A stretch of DNA of 60,883 nucleotides, the filler included. It is 5 parts of 5 records of this genome, joined end to end, with 100 filler letters (N's around TTAATTAATTAA, not from the genome) between each part and the next. Parts side by side here need not be neighbours in the genome. Positions count along the whole stretch, not along the records: positions 15,052 to 45,280 come from SRR20825019_3027; positions 45,381 to 55,461 come from SRR20825019_3030; 3 more parts are not named here. One strand, 5' to 3'. A program made the translations under genes and the position numbers. Below the pieces are notes generated by a model, which had not been told where the DNA came from, searched no databases, and saw nothing but the letters and a program-made list of their open reading frames with translations. This document shows positions 40,289-51,004 of the stretch, in pieces; the first letter of the stretch is position 1; every line of letters starts with the position of its first letter.

Positions 40289-42358
40289 TTATTTTTCAAA
40301 AGCGTCAATTCCGTTTCGCAACCAAGTATTGTATTCCTCAATATCTGGTGTATAACCAACAGGGTCTATAAGGTTTTCTTCGTTGTGATCCATTAAAACA
40401 TAGAAAGGTTGGGCGTTTGCTTTATACTTAAGAATTTGAAATTCACTCCATTTTTGACCAATATAGCGTAGTTTTTTCCCAGATATTTCTGAAACAATTT
40501 CTTGGCCATCAGGTAGCGGACGTTTATCGTCCACATAAAGTGAAATAAGTACAATATCTTCCTTAAGTGGCTTTAATATTTTTGGTTCACTCCAAACGCG
40601 TTCTTCCATTTTACGGCAATTTACACATGCATGCCCCGTGAAGTCAATCAAAACAGGCTTTCCAACTTTTTTGGCGTATGCCAAACCGGTTTCGTAATCG
40701 TGGAATGAAATAATATCGTGTGGCCCTAAATGTGCGCCTTCTGGAAATTCTTCAAGACTTGAAGTACCACCACTGCCTAATTTTGTATAACCAACACCAT
40801 ACGGAGATTCGCTATAATTCATAGCTGGTGGGAAACCACTAATTAATTTTAATGGTGCGCCCCATAGTCCAGGAATCATATAAATAGTAAAGGCTAAAAC
40901 CAATAAACCAAGACTCAATCTTCCTACAGAAATGTGTGATAAAGGAGAGTCATGTGGTAATTTTATTTTTCCGAATAAATACAGTGCCAAAATTCCAAAT
41001 ATAGCAATCCAAATAGCTAAGAATACTTCTCTTTCCAGCCAATGAAGCTGAAGCACTAAATCTGCATTCGATAAAAATTTGAATGCTAAAGCAAGTTCTA
41101 AAAAGCCTAAAAATACTTTTACTGTATTTAACCAACCACCTGATTTAGGAAGCGAGTTCATCCAGCCTGGGAAAGCTGCAAAAAGTGCAAAAGGCAATGC
41201 TAAAGCTAATGAGAACCCAAACATACCAACAAATGGCGCAATACCTCCTTTTGACGCTGCTTCAACTAGCAAAGTTCCTACAATTGGACCTGTACAAGAA
41301 AAGGAAACGATAGCCAATGCTAATGCCATAAAGAAAATTCCAATTAATCCACCACGATCTGCTTGTTTATCTACTTTATTTGCCCAAGAATTTGGTAGCA
41401 TAATTTCAAAAGCACCTAAGAATGAGAATGCAAAAACAACCAATAATAAAAAGAAGATAACATTAAACCAAACGTTTGTAGACAGGGCATTAAGAGCATC
41501 TGCTCCAAACAACCATGTAACTATTGCGCCTAGGAAAATGTATATAAGAATGATTGCAATGCCGTAAATTATTGCGTTTTTAATACCTGCAGCACGTGTT
41601 TTACTCTGTTTGGTAAAAAAACTAACCGTCATGGGTATCATCGGGAATACACATGGCGTTAGTAAAGCAGCGAAACCTGATAAAAAAGCAATGAAAAAGA
41701 TGGTCCAAAGTCCTTTATTTTCTTCTTTTTTGTTTTGTTCAACCGCAGTAAGGGAATCATCTTTTGTGTCAGTTTGAATTGTATCGTTTACAACTTCTGT
41801 TTGTGTGGTTTCAAGGGCTGTTGTGTCTTCACTTACTTCAGTAATACCAATCTCAGAATTAGTAGCATCATCTGGAATTACTACTGTTTCAGTAATTTGT
41901 TCTGGTGCAGGAATTTTAAAGACTAAATCTACGTAATTAGGTGGCAGACAGCGGGTGTCATCACAAACCATAAACTCAACTTCACCTTTTATAGTGGTTC
42001 CTTTAGCCCCAGTTAGCTTTACTCTTTTAGTGAATGTTGCTGTGTTTGAGAAGAAGGTAATTACCATATCGAACACAGGATCGAGTTCAGTAGTTCCTTT
42101 ACTTTCTTTTATTTTTCCTACAGATTGGTAGGCGTCGTTTTCTTCAAAAGTAAAAACAGTAGGTAAGGGTCCATTTTCAGGAACAACTTGCGAATATAAA
42201 TGCCAGTTATCCTCAATCGTTGCTTTTGAAATTAAATCGTATTCAGTCTCCGATATTTTTTTAATGCTTGTAGACCATTTTACGGGGTCAAGTATTTGAG
42301 ATTGAAGGGCTGTAAATGAAATTAATGCTAGAAGTAGGGATAGTAATAATTTTTTCAT
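40289..42358 (-). CDS. dsbD: Thiol:disulfide interchange protein DsbD family
   Basis: N-domain CDDTRC, TM LTPCVFPMIP and FSCTGP, thioredoxin CVNC. Confidence 0.92.
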   Translation of the reverse strand: MKKLLLSLLLALISFTALQSQILDPVKWSTSIKKISETEYDLISKATIEDNWHLYSQVVPENGPLPTVFTFEENDAYQSVGKIKESKGTTELDPVFDMVITFFSNTATFTKRVKLTGAKGTTIKGEVEFMVCDDTRCLPPNYVDLVFKIPAPEQITETVVIPDDATNSEIGITEVSEDTTALETTQTEVVNDTIQTDTKDDSLTAVEQNKKEENKGLWTIFFIAFLSGFAALLTPCVFPMIPMTVSFFTKQSKTRAAGIKNAIIYGIAIILIYIFLGAIVTWLFGADALNALSTNVWFNVIFFLLLVVFAFSFLGAFEIMLPNSWANKVDKQADRGGLIGIFFMALALAIVSFSCTGPIVGTLLVEAASKGGIAPFVGMFGFSLALALPFALFAAFPGWMNSLPKSGGWLNTVKVFLGFLELALAFKFLSNADLVLQLHWLEREVFLAIWIAIFGILALYLFGKIKLPHDSPLSHISVGRLSLGLLVLAFTIYMIPGLWGAPLKLISGFPPAMNYSESPYGVGYTKLGSGGTSSLEEFPEGAHLGPHDIISFHDYETGLAYAKKVGKPVLIDFTGHACVNCRKMEERVWSEPKILKPLKEDIVLISLYVDDKRPLPDGQEIVSEISGKKLRYIGQKWSEFQILKYKANAQPFYVLMDHNEENLIDPVGYTPDIEEYNTWLRNGIDAFEK

Positions 42359-42675
42359 TAGTGAAAATAATTTTATAGAAGTCTTAATTAAAGGACATCA
42401 AATTTGAGGGAAAAATTGCAGTATTCAAAATTATCATGTGTTTTTAAAGAAAAAAATTTAAAAAAACCCTAACAAATATAGATATACACAATGGTTATCT
42501 AATAGAAACAAAATAGAAAATTGCTGTTTAAGCCATTTAATCCATATTTTTACATTCTAATAAGGTGAGTGTCAATCGCTGTATTATATGAAATGAAAAC
42601 AGAATAAATAGTTTTGTTTTGGGTTTTGTAGTTAAAATGGTATTATATTCGCCGAAAATTTTAAAACTTTTGATT

Positions 42676-43191
42676 ATGAAACTAACAAAATTGATTTTCC
42701 TTTTTGCTATTTCTGTTGTAGCATTTAGCTGTAGTAGTGACGATGATGGTGGGCCAGCTCCATATGAGTATAACAAAGACAACCTTACGGGTACTTATGC
42801 ACTTGTTTCTTTCCAAACTAAAGAAGTAGAAACTGTAGACGTTAGTGGTTTTGATGTTGTTACTACAACTACTTCTATTGGTGATACATTTGATTTTACA
42901 GTTGTTTTTGCATCAAACAATACATTTACAGTTAATGGAACGTATAGAATATCTGAAACAGTAACACAAGGAAATCAGACGTCATCTGACACATATATCG
43001 TTGTTATAAATAATGAATCTGGTGGTTATGTGGTGAATTCTGCTACTTCTGAATTAACTCTAGATGGTGATACCTATCAAGTGAGTAATTTTAGCCCTAC
43101 TGGTTTCCAGCTAAACCTTTCTGAAACTATTACTGAGCCGAATGGCGATAATACTGTTTATACAGAGGAACTTAGATTTACAAAAGAGTAA
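42676..43191 (+). CDS. Lipoprotein, lipocalin-like
   Basis: Lipobox AFSC followed by SSDDD export signal; LTGTY motif. Confidence 0.75.
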   Translation: MKLTKLIFLFAISVVAFSCSSDDDGGPAPYEYNKDNLTGTYALVSFQTKEVETVDVSGFDVVTTTTSIGDTFDFTVVFASNNTFTVNGTYRISETVTQGNQTSSDTYIVVINNESGGYVVNSATSELTLDGDTYQVSNFSPTGFQLNLSETITEPNGDNTVYTEELRFTKE

Positions 43192-43213
43192 AATAGGTTC
43201 TAATCAATACATT

Positions 43214-43243
43214 AAAGCTACCTTCAATAAAGGTGGCTTTTTT
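43214..43243 (+). terminator. Rho-independent terminator
   Basis: AAAGCTACCTT/AAGGTGGCTTT stem plus T tract. Confidence 0.8.
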
Positions 43244-43315
43244 ATTTTATAAGCAACTGTAATTTTCTTCGCAAACTCAAACAAAAGAGCGAGCTACTTT
43301 TTCTTCAAAAAACCT

Positions 43316-43323
43316 TACTTTTG
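43316..43323 (+). promoter_or_regulatory. Bacteroidetes -7 promoter element (ileS)
   Basis: TACTTTTG 25 nt before ATG. Confidence 0.6.
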
Positions 43324-43348
43324 CACACTTTATTGCAACTGATATATT

Positions 43349-45280
43349 ATGAGCACAAAATTTAAAGAATACAAAGGGCTAGACCTCCCTAAAATGGCGG
43401 AAGAAGTACTCAATTTCTGGAAAGATGAAAACATCTTTGAGCAGAGTATTTCCATTCGTAAAGAGGCAGCTCCATTTGTATTTTTTGAAGGACCTCCATC
43501 TGCTAATGGACTTCCGGGAATTCATCACGTTATGGCGCGCGCTATAAAAGATATTTTTTGTCGCTATAAAACCCAAAAAGGATTTAAAGTAGATAGAAAA
43601 GCAGGTTGGGATACGCACGGTTTGCCTATTGAATTAGGCGTGGAAAAAGAACTCGGCATTACCAAAGAAGATATCGGTAAAAAAATCTCTGTTGAAGAAT
43701 ATAACGCTGCTTGTAAAAAAGCTGTAATGCGTTACACAGACGTTTGGAACAAAGTAACCGAAAGCTATGGATATTGGGTAGATATGGAAGATCCTTATGT
43801 TACCTACGAGTCAAAATACATGGAAACTGTTTGGTGGTTGCTAAAAGAAATTTACAATAAAAACTTAATTTATAAAGGCTATACAATTCAACCCTATTCT
43901 CCAAAAGCGGGAACAGGGCTAAGCTCACACGAGCTTAACCAGCCAGGAACTTACCAAGATGCTACAGACACAACAGTGGTAGCTCAGTTTAAAGCAATGG
44001 CAGAAACGTTGCCAGATTTCCTTGCAGTAGAATCAAACAATATTTGGTTTCTTGCTTGGACAACAACCCCTTGGACTTTACCCAGCAATACAGCACTAAC
44101 TGTAGGTGCGAAAATTGATTATGTGTTGGTAAAAACCTTTAACCAATACACGTTTCAACCCATCAATGTGATTTTGGCGAAAAACTTAGTTGCTAGTCAA
44201 TTCGCAAATAAATACGAAGAAAAACCAAATGAAGAATCATTAGAAGCCTTTACTCAAGGCGATAAATTGATTCCATATTATGTTTCAAAAGAATTTAAAG
44301 GTGCAGATTTACTAGGTATTCGTTATGAACAATTACTAGATTATACACTTCCATTTGAAAATCCTGAGAATGCATTTAGAATAATTTCTGGAGATTTTGT
44401 AACTACTGAAGACGGAACAGGAATTGTTCATACCGCGCCAACATTTGGTGCTGACGATGCAAAGGTTGCAAAAGAAGCGGTTCCAGAAGTACCGCCAATG
44501 CTTGTAAAAGATGAAAACGGAAACTTAGTTCCTTTGGTAGATCTTCAAGGGAAATTCCGCCCAGAAATGAAGGATCTTGCTGGTAAATATGTAAAAAATG
44601 AATATTATGACGATGCCGATGTTCCTGAGAAATCAGTGGATGTAGAAATTGCCATTAGATTAAAAACTGAAAACAAAGCTTTTAAAGTTGAAAAATACGT
44701 TCACAGCTATCCAAATTGCTGGCGAACCGACAAACCAATTTTATATTATCCGTTAGATTCTTGGTTTATTAAAGTGACCGATTTCCGTGATAGAATGTTC
44801 GATTTGAACAAAGAAGTAAATTGGAAACCAAAAGCCACAGGCGAAGGCCGTTTTGGTAACTGGCTTGCAAATGCAAACGACTGGAATCTTTCACGTTCCC
44901 GCTATTGGGGAATTCCGTTGCCAATCTGGAGAACGGATGATGGAAAAGAAGAAATAATCATTGGTTCAGTAGAAGAATTAATGACTGAAATGCACAAATC
45001 TGTTGCCGCTGGAGTAATGGAAAATGTCATTTTTGAAGATTTCAAGCCTGGAGATTTTTCAGAAGAAAACTATTCAAAAGTAGATCTTCATAAAAACATT
45101 GTAGACCAAATTACACTTGTTTCACCAAGTGGAAAACCAATGAAGCGTGAAGCAGATTTGATTGATGTTTGGTTTGACAGCGGAAGCATGCCGTATGCAC
45201 AATGGCATTATCCTTTCGAAAACAAGGAAAAAGTTGAAAATACGTGGCGAAAAGCAGATTTTATAGCCGAAGGTGTAGAC
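43349..45280 (+). CDS. ileS: Isoleucyl-tRNA synthetase (IleRS2 type), 3' truncated
   Basis: EGPPSANGLPGIHH, GWDTHGLP, WTTTPWTLP, GTGIVH, SRSRYWG. Confidence 0.96.
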
Positions 45281-45380
45281 NNNNNNNNNNNNNNNNNNNN
45301 NNNNNNNNNNNNNNNNNNNNNNNNTTAATTAATTAANNNNNNNNNNNNNNNNNNNNNNNNNNNNNNNNNNNNNNNNNNNN
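45281..45380. other. Artificial contig linker
   Basis: N run with TTAATTAATTAA. Confidence 0.97.
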
Positions 45381-46286
45381 TTCGCCGTACCCAATTAATG
45401 CAACAGTCCCGTCTCGACTTAGGTTGAAACCTACCTCATTCATGACGAAGGCTCCCTCGGCTCGAGGAAAATCATCGACATTCAGTCCGCGTCTTGCTTG
45501 ACGCACGGCTGCTACGTCGTTGATGCCACCGCTTGCGAGGTTGGAGACCATCTCCACATGGCCATCGTCGGTTCCGAACCTGGTGGACCTGGTTTCGACA
45601 TCCCCGTCGCTTGCTGACTTGACGGCGCGGCTCAAAGAGATGCGTGCGGTTCGGACAGAGCAGATTCCCAGTGCAGTAACTTCCTGCCACACTTGGTCGA
45701 TTGCGTTACTGTGATCGATTTCCTTACTACGGTGGATCAGTATGGCTACGAACGGGTCAGCGAAGCGCCATTCAAAACGTACCGTACTGCGATCAAGTCG
45801 CTGGCGGTAAGCTTCGTATTTGTATACCTCCAACCCTTCTTGCTGTGGGCTGATGTCTTTTGCACGAATACGGTTCCAACCTTCTTTTCCTTGCTGCCAA
45901 GCAAGCGAGATACCCTCTTCGCCCAGTTCGATGTTCGATAGCTGAAGTTCGTCGGGAAACTCGTAGCCAAACCCTTGCTCAATCAACGGAGAAAACTCAC
46001 TTTGCGAGATCGCTTCCTTTGCATCTCCCCGTGTGATTTCGGGGGGCTCGAATAGATAGAGATGTTGGTTACCCCATCCTTCGACCTGCTTAAGCCAAGC
46101 TTCGATCATCTCCCGAGTAAGGAGATCCTCGTCGATGGCGTTGGTTATGTTGGTCAGGAAGTCCTTTTTCGTGGAACCAATGGGAAGGCTGTTCTCCCTC
46201 AATAGCTCTTTGATATATTGGTTGCCTTGAATCAGCAGAATCTCTTCAACTTGCGTTTTTAAAAGTGCTTTGTCTTCTGCCGTCAT
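45381..46286 (-). CDS. Hypothetical protein, probable transposon cargo (3' truncated)
   Basis: >300-aa open frame, visibly lower GC than the neighbouring tns genes; no recognised family. Confidence 0.7.
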
Positions 46287-46747
46287 TACTAAAATCCGCT
46301 TAGTATTAATAGGAAAGACCATAACATAGCACAGCCCCAACGAGAAATCGTGTCTTTCTCCACAACTATTTGAACTTTACCTGTGGCCAGCGCCGATACC
46401 TAGTTCTTAGCGATGTTTGGCTAGGTTCCAGACTCATTGATTTTCACAGCCAGAACAAAACTATTGCGGCGAGGATGATGTAGGGGTTTTGTTGCACAAA
46501 TTAGCCGATGGCCGTGGCTCCCCTTTTCCCGGGCGGACTTAAACACATTCCTGCCGGACATTGAAACTCTCATAGCCACCACAGAATTTGCCGTCATTCT
46601 TATAAGGAATGCCAGATCCTATAATGTTGTCAAACACTTACCTCGCACTCATCGTCGAATAGTTATTGACCTAAGTGCGACGGACGTGATTCGATGTAGT
46701 CGTGGGTATGGTCCATATTTGGTATCTTCCACATGGAGGACCGCAAA

Positions 46748-46969
46748 ATGCTCGATCAGAACCGCCACAAGGAAATCAAGCGTCGACTACGCGAATGTGG
46801 CACTTCGATCACGCAAATCGCCCGTGATATCGGCAAGGATCAGAGTACGGTGACGATCGTCAGCCAAGGCCATCGTAAGTCCGATCCCATTCAGCGGGCG
46901 ATCGCGGAGCGGCTCGGCACAACCGCCGAAGCCCTTTTCCCCGAACGGTACAAGGAGGAAAGCGGATGA
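46748..46969 (+). CDS. Ner/SfsB-like HTH regulator
   Basis: IKRRLRECGTSITQIAR...IAERLGTTAEALFPERY; GGAGGA RBS. Confidence 0.8.
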   Translation: MLDQNRHKEIKRRLRECGTSITQIARDIGKDQSTVTIVSQGHRKSDPIQRAIAERLGTTAEALFPERYKEESG

Positions 46970-47199
46970 ATTAGATAGCCCAAAAACAAGAGAACTCCAA
47001 CAAGCATAGCCTGCCAGAGTCCTGATGTCGTATCGATTGGTACCCGATAGCTTCATCTTCCCTCACACGGCAGAAAAGTCAAGTCCGGTGGCGAGTGACC
47101 GCCCTCGGAAGTCGTGTTCAAATGAGATGAAAGGGGACCGCCTCCCCCGGTCAGTCGCGCGCTACGCATGGCACAGGGGGAGGTGTGTCCGATTAAGAA

Positions 47200-47886
47200 A
47201 TGAACCAACAAACACACACATTCCGTCCCCCTCACCCTTCGAGAGGCCTTCGCAAAATATCCTTTCGGTCCCGTGGTAGTTGCCGCACGTCGTCTGCGTG
47301 CTCAATGCCGAGCGTCGACGGTTTGATCACGGTCGACTGCGAAAGCAGGCTGGAGGACCGGACACGTTCGATCCTGCTTGCGCAACCCGGTCTTCATGAT
47401 CTGCGGGAGCAGTATCCACGCGTCGAGTATCACGGCAACGATGGCGTCCGCCGGTGGCACACGTTCGATTTCATGGCCACGTACCAAACGGGTCGCCGTA
47501 TCGCTATCGCCGTCAAACCAAAGAAGCTATCGGATCGGCGGCGGTTCTTCGAGGAACTCGTGGACGTTGAGGCTGCGCTACCTCGCCGCGTGGCCGACGA
47601 GGTAAGGCTCGTCACCGACGACGACATCGACCGCACCGAGGCGACGAATGCCGCCCGCTACCTTCATTTCGCGCGCGATACCGACCCGGAGGCGGATGCG
47701 TGGCTGACCGAACGTCTCCGGCGGGCGGACGGCCAACTCTCGGTGTCGGACCTGATCAACGAAAGCGACATGGGTGGGCGCATGTTCCGCGCAGTGTTCC
47801 GTGCGATTTACGTCGGACACCTTCGTGCCGATCGCCGCTCTCCGATCACGGTCGCAAGCGTCGTTTTCCGGGAGTCTGTCCAATGA
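47200..47886 (+). CDS. TnsA-like endonuclease-fold protein
   Basis: ESRLE, EQYP..Y, HTFDF, AVKP and a C-terminal wHTH-like region; coupled to tnsB. Confidence 0.7.
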   Translation: MNQQTHTFRPPHPSRGLRKISFRSRGSCRTSSACSMPSVDGLITVDCESRLEDRTRSILLAQPGLHDLREQYPRVEYHGNDGVRRWHTFDFMATYQTGRRIAIAVKPKKLSDRRRFFEELVDVEAALPRRVADEVRLVTDDDIDRTEATNAARYLHFARDTDPEADAWLTERLRRADGQLSVSDLINESDMGGRMFRAVFRAIYVGHLRADRRSPITVASVVFRESVQ

Positions 47887-50054
47887 CCATCCGCATGAAA
47901 TTTGCCGAGACGGACCGTCTTCTCATACACGGCACGGCTTACAGGGTCGCCGACCACGACGAATACAGCCTCACCGTGTTCCAACACGATAACCCCGGCA
48001 TAACCGAGACCATCGCGTTCGAGGAGATGTCGCGCCTTCTCCGCACACGAACGGCCCATCTTCAACGAGGGTTTTACGATCGGGCTTCCCGGAGCGCATC
48101 TTCGAATGATTTCGAGGGTTTGAACGACCTTCCGGCTGATGTGCAGAGCGAAGTTCTCTGGCGGCACCGTTGGTGTACCCTGCTCGACGAACGGCGCAAG
48201 CGAGGTGCCCTAGTTCTGACCCGGAACTCGATCCGACAGGCAATAACAGATCTCGTACCGCAGATCATCGAAATGGAAACCGCCGCACAGCGCGGAGCCC
48301 GGAAAAGACGGTCCGCTTCGAAAATCGAACTTCACGATCTCCCCAAACCATCCACTCTCCTCGAATGGTACCGGAATTATCGCGATGGCGCGCGTACGAT
48401 CATGGCTCTCGTCCCTGAATTGTATCGATCCGGCAATCGAACACGTCGCTTCAGCTTGGCCACGGAGGCATTCGTCAGCAAGAGCATCGAGGACTACGCT
48501 TGTCCACTGCGGCCCTCCAAGGCACAAGTCGTGGAAAGGACGATGCTTCGGATCAAAGAAGAGAACCGTTGCCGCACGGACGCCGGAGAATTGCCTCTCG
48601 ACCTTATGTCCGGTCGAACGATACGTCGTCGCCTGGATGGCCTCGATCCCTATCATACCTACGCGCAGCGGTTCGGCCCCGCTGCCGCCAACAGAAAGTT
48701 TAACATCAGTGAAAACGGCGACAAAGCGCTCTTCCCGATGGAGGTTCTCGAAACGGACTCGTGGAAGATTGATCTCATCACCTTGTTCGCGCGCAGCGGT
48801 ATCCTGGAAGGGCTAAACCCCGAGATGCGCGCGCGGCTCGAAAAGGGCCGACGATGGATCACGGTCGCGATCGACAAGGCCACGCGTGTCGTGGTCGCGT
48901 TCCGCATCGTCGACGCACCCTCGGCAGCGAGTTCGGTCGCCGTCATCGCGGACGCGACTCGAGACAAATCACATATCGCGCGAGCCATGGGCTGCGAAAA
49001 TCCGTGGCCCTTCCACGGGGGGCTAAACGTCGTCAGCGCCGACATGGGCCCCGAGAATAACAACGAGACCTTCCGCGCTGCCATCCACTCGGCGGGCGGA
49101 AACGTCATCTACGGGCCCGCGAGTCAGCCGCAGCTCAGGGGTATGGTCGAGAGCCTATTCCGCACCTTCGGACAGAAGCTCATGCCACTTCTCCACGCTC
49201 GCACGCATTCAAACCCCGTCGAGAAAGGCGACTATGACGCCGAGCGATACGCCAGTCTCGCCGATGACGAACTGACGCGGATAGTCACGAGGTACATCGT
49301 CGACATATATCACCAGCAAGGACACGAGGGGCTCGGAGGGGAAACGCCTGCGCACTGCTGGAAGCGCCTGAGTAATCTCTACGGCGTCACTCCGCCACCA
49401 GACGGACATGTCCGGCGGGCCGCATTCGGCATCCCAAACAACCGTATAATTGTTGGCGGCAACATTAAAGTTGTAGGGATAGAGTACACGTCCGATGCGG
49501 TTCGAAATCAATTTCTGCATGGTCACGATAGCAACGTCGATGTCCGCATGGATCCGCAGGACTTGGGCTGGATCACCGTTCGGATCGACCGGAAATGGCA
49601 CGCCGCCGAAGCTGTTCCCGAAGGGTTTCATGGTCGTTCTCTGGACGAGTGGATCGACACCTGTACAGCGCTGCGCCAGAAGCATCGACGTGATGCCGCG
49701 ATCCATGAAGACTCCATCCGCCGCGCATTCGACGGGATAGAAACGATCCAGAGGGACGCGCTTCTGAGGATGGAATTGACACCGAGCCGTATGTCAGCAG
49801 AGGCGCTACATCGCCTCGAAGGGGAATTGTTCCTCGGGCTGAACATCACGACGGAGGCCAAGCAGGGCGGTTCCGACGGATCGAGATTGATCGTCTCTCG
49901 CAATCGTCAAGAGGGACCGGACGAGGACGATTCGTCCGACATCGGGATCGGCAAGCCGGTTCGTCCGAACACCGACGGATCAGGGGGCAGTGCTGTGCCC
50001 GAGGACGATCATGAAGCCGACGGGCACTCGCCCTGGACACTGGAGGACGAATGA
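47883..50054 (+). CDS. TnsB/Mu-like DDE transposase
   Basis: LETDSW, AIDKATR, ADMGPE, RGMVESLF (D-D-E), YH..H.GL..TP, and C-terminal Mu-type domain (VRMDPQDLGWI). Confidence 0.9.
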   Translation: MTIRMKFAETDRLLIHGTAYRVADHDEYSLTVFQHDNPGITETIAFEEMSRLLRTRTAHLQRGFYDRASRSASSNDFEGLNDLPADVQSEVLWRHRWCTLLDERRKRGALVLTRNSIRQAITDLVPQIIEMETAAQRGARKRRSASKIELHDLPKPSTLLEWYRNYRDGARTIMALVPELYRSGNRTRRFSLATEAFVSKSIEDYACPLRPSKAQVVERTMLRIKEENRCRTDAGELPLDLMSGRTIRRRLDGLDPYHTYAQRFGPAAANRKFNISENGDKALFPMEVLETDSWKIDLITLFARSGILEGLNPEMRARLEKGRRWITVAIDKATRVVVAFRIVDAPSAASSVAVIADATRDKSHIARAMGCENPWPFHGGLNVVSADMGPENNNETFRAAIHSAGGNVIYGPASQPQLRGMVESLFRTFGQKLMPLLHARTHSNPVEKGDYDAERYASLADDELTRIVTRYIVDIYHQQGHEGLGGETPAHCWKRLSNLYGVTPPPDGHVRRAAFGIPNNRIIVGGNIKVVGIEYTSDAVRNQFLHGHDSNVDVRMDPQDLGWITVRIDRKWHAAEAVPEGFHGRSLDEWIDTCTALRQKHRRDAAIHEDSIRRAFDGIETIQRDALLRMELTPSRMSAEALHRLEGELFLGLNITTEAKQGGSDGSRLIVSRNRQEGPDEDDSSDIGIGKPVRPNTDGSGGSAVPEDDHEADGHSPWTLEDE

Positions 50055-51004
50055 TGTCCGAGGCTCTTCTGCAATTGGTCGGCGAGCAAATCGCCGACCT
50101 TCAGGCCCACTTCGTGCGGCACGAGCGGTTCCGACAGCTCGACGAGGTTTTCCGGCTCCTCAAACACAGGCGGCAGGCCGACCTTCGCGCTGGTCGATCC
50201 CGCGAGCTGCGTGGGATCGCCGTCATAGGTGCATCGGGAAGCGGCAAGACCACCGCCGTGGATAGACTTCTGCGAAACGCATCGAAAGACGGAGACACCG
50301 GCGACCATTGGGAAATCATCAGCCTGCGCGTTCCCTCGCCTGCCACGGTGAAATTCGTCGGGCAGACAATCCTTCGGGGGCTCGGCTATCCCGTCAACGG
50401 TCGGCGGGAGGCATGGTACGTCTGGAACCTCGTTCGTCACCACCTGCGGGAACGGCAAACACTCTTCCTCCATCTCGACGAAGCGCAGGACCTTGCGGCA
50501 CGGGGCACCGAACGCGAACGCCAGTCCGTCGTGAACCTTCTGAAATCCCTAATGCAGGACCCCGACTGGCCGGTCTGCCTCATTCTCTCTGGGACCGGCG
50601 AGCTTGCGGACATCCTGAATTTCGACCCGCAACTCGGCAGGCGGTTTCAGCCGATCCGGTTCGACCCCGTTAACGAGATCTCCGATCTGGGCAAGGTCCG
50701 CGACCTGCTTTCCGCGTATGTCGCCAAGACCTCTCTATCCGCCGACGACGGGATCGAGACGAACGAGTTCGCAGCCCGTCTCGTCCATGCTGCCGCCAAT
50801 GAGTTCGGCCTGATCATTGAGATCACAATCGCCGCCATCGAGGTAGCGTTTCTCAGGCAGGGGGCATCGCTGACGGTCGCGGATTTCGCCGGTGCGTTTC
50901 GGCGGCGGACGGGCTGCATCGACGGGCTCAATCCGTTCGTCGCGCAGAATTTCCGTCGGATCGACCCGCGCGAGCTGTTGGCTGACGAGGGACGGATCGC
51001 ATGA
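50051..51004 (+). CDS. TnsC/TniB AAA+ ATPase
   Basis: GASGSGKT Walker A, LHLDEAQ Walker B, QLGRRF arginine finger. Confidence 0.9.
   Translation: MMSEALLQLVGEQIADLQAHFVRHERFRQLDEVFRLLKHRRQADLRAGRSRELRGIAVIGASGSGKTTAVDRLLRNASKDGDTGDHWEIISLRVPSPATVKFVGQTILRGLGYPVNGRREAWYVWNLVRHHLRERQTLFLHLDEAQDLAARGTERERQSVVNLLKSLMQDPDWPVCLILSGTGELADILNFDPQLGRRFQPIRFDPVNEISDLGKVRDLLSAYVAKTSLSADDGIETNEFAARLVHAAANEFGLIIEITIAAIEVAFLRQGASLTVADFAGAFRRRTGCIDGLNPFVAQNFRRIDPRELLADEGRIA

Noticed and set aside
46449-46457. GCCAGAACA also present at 52939-52947 as a possible target duplication
   Set aside because: The second copy lies inside the putative end repeats and the length does not fit a 5-bp TSD; likely chance.
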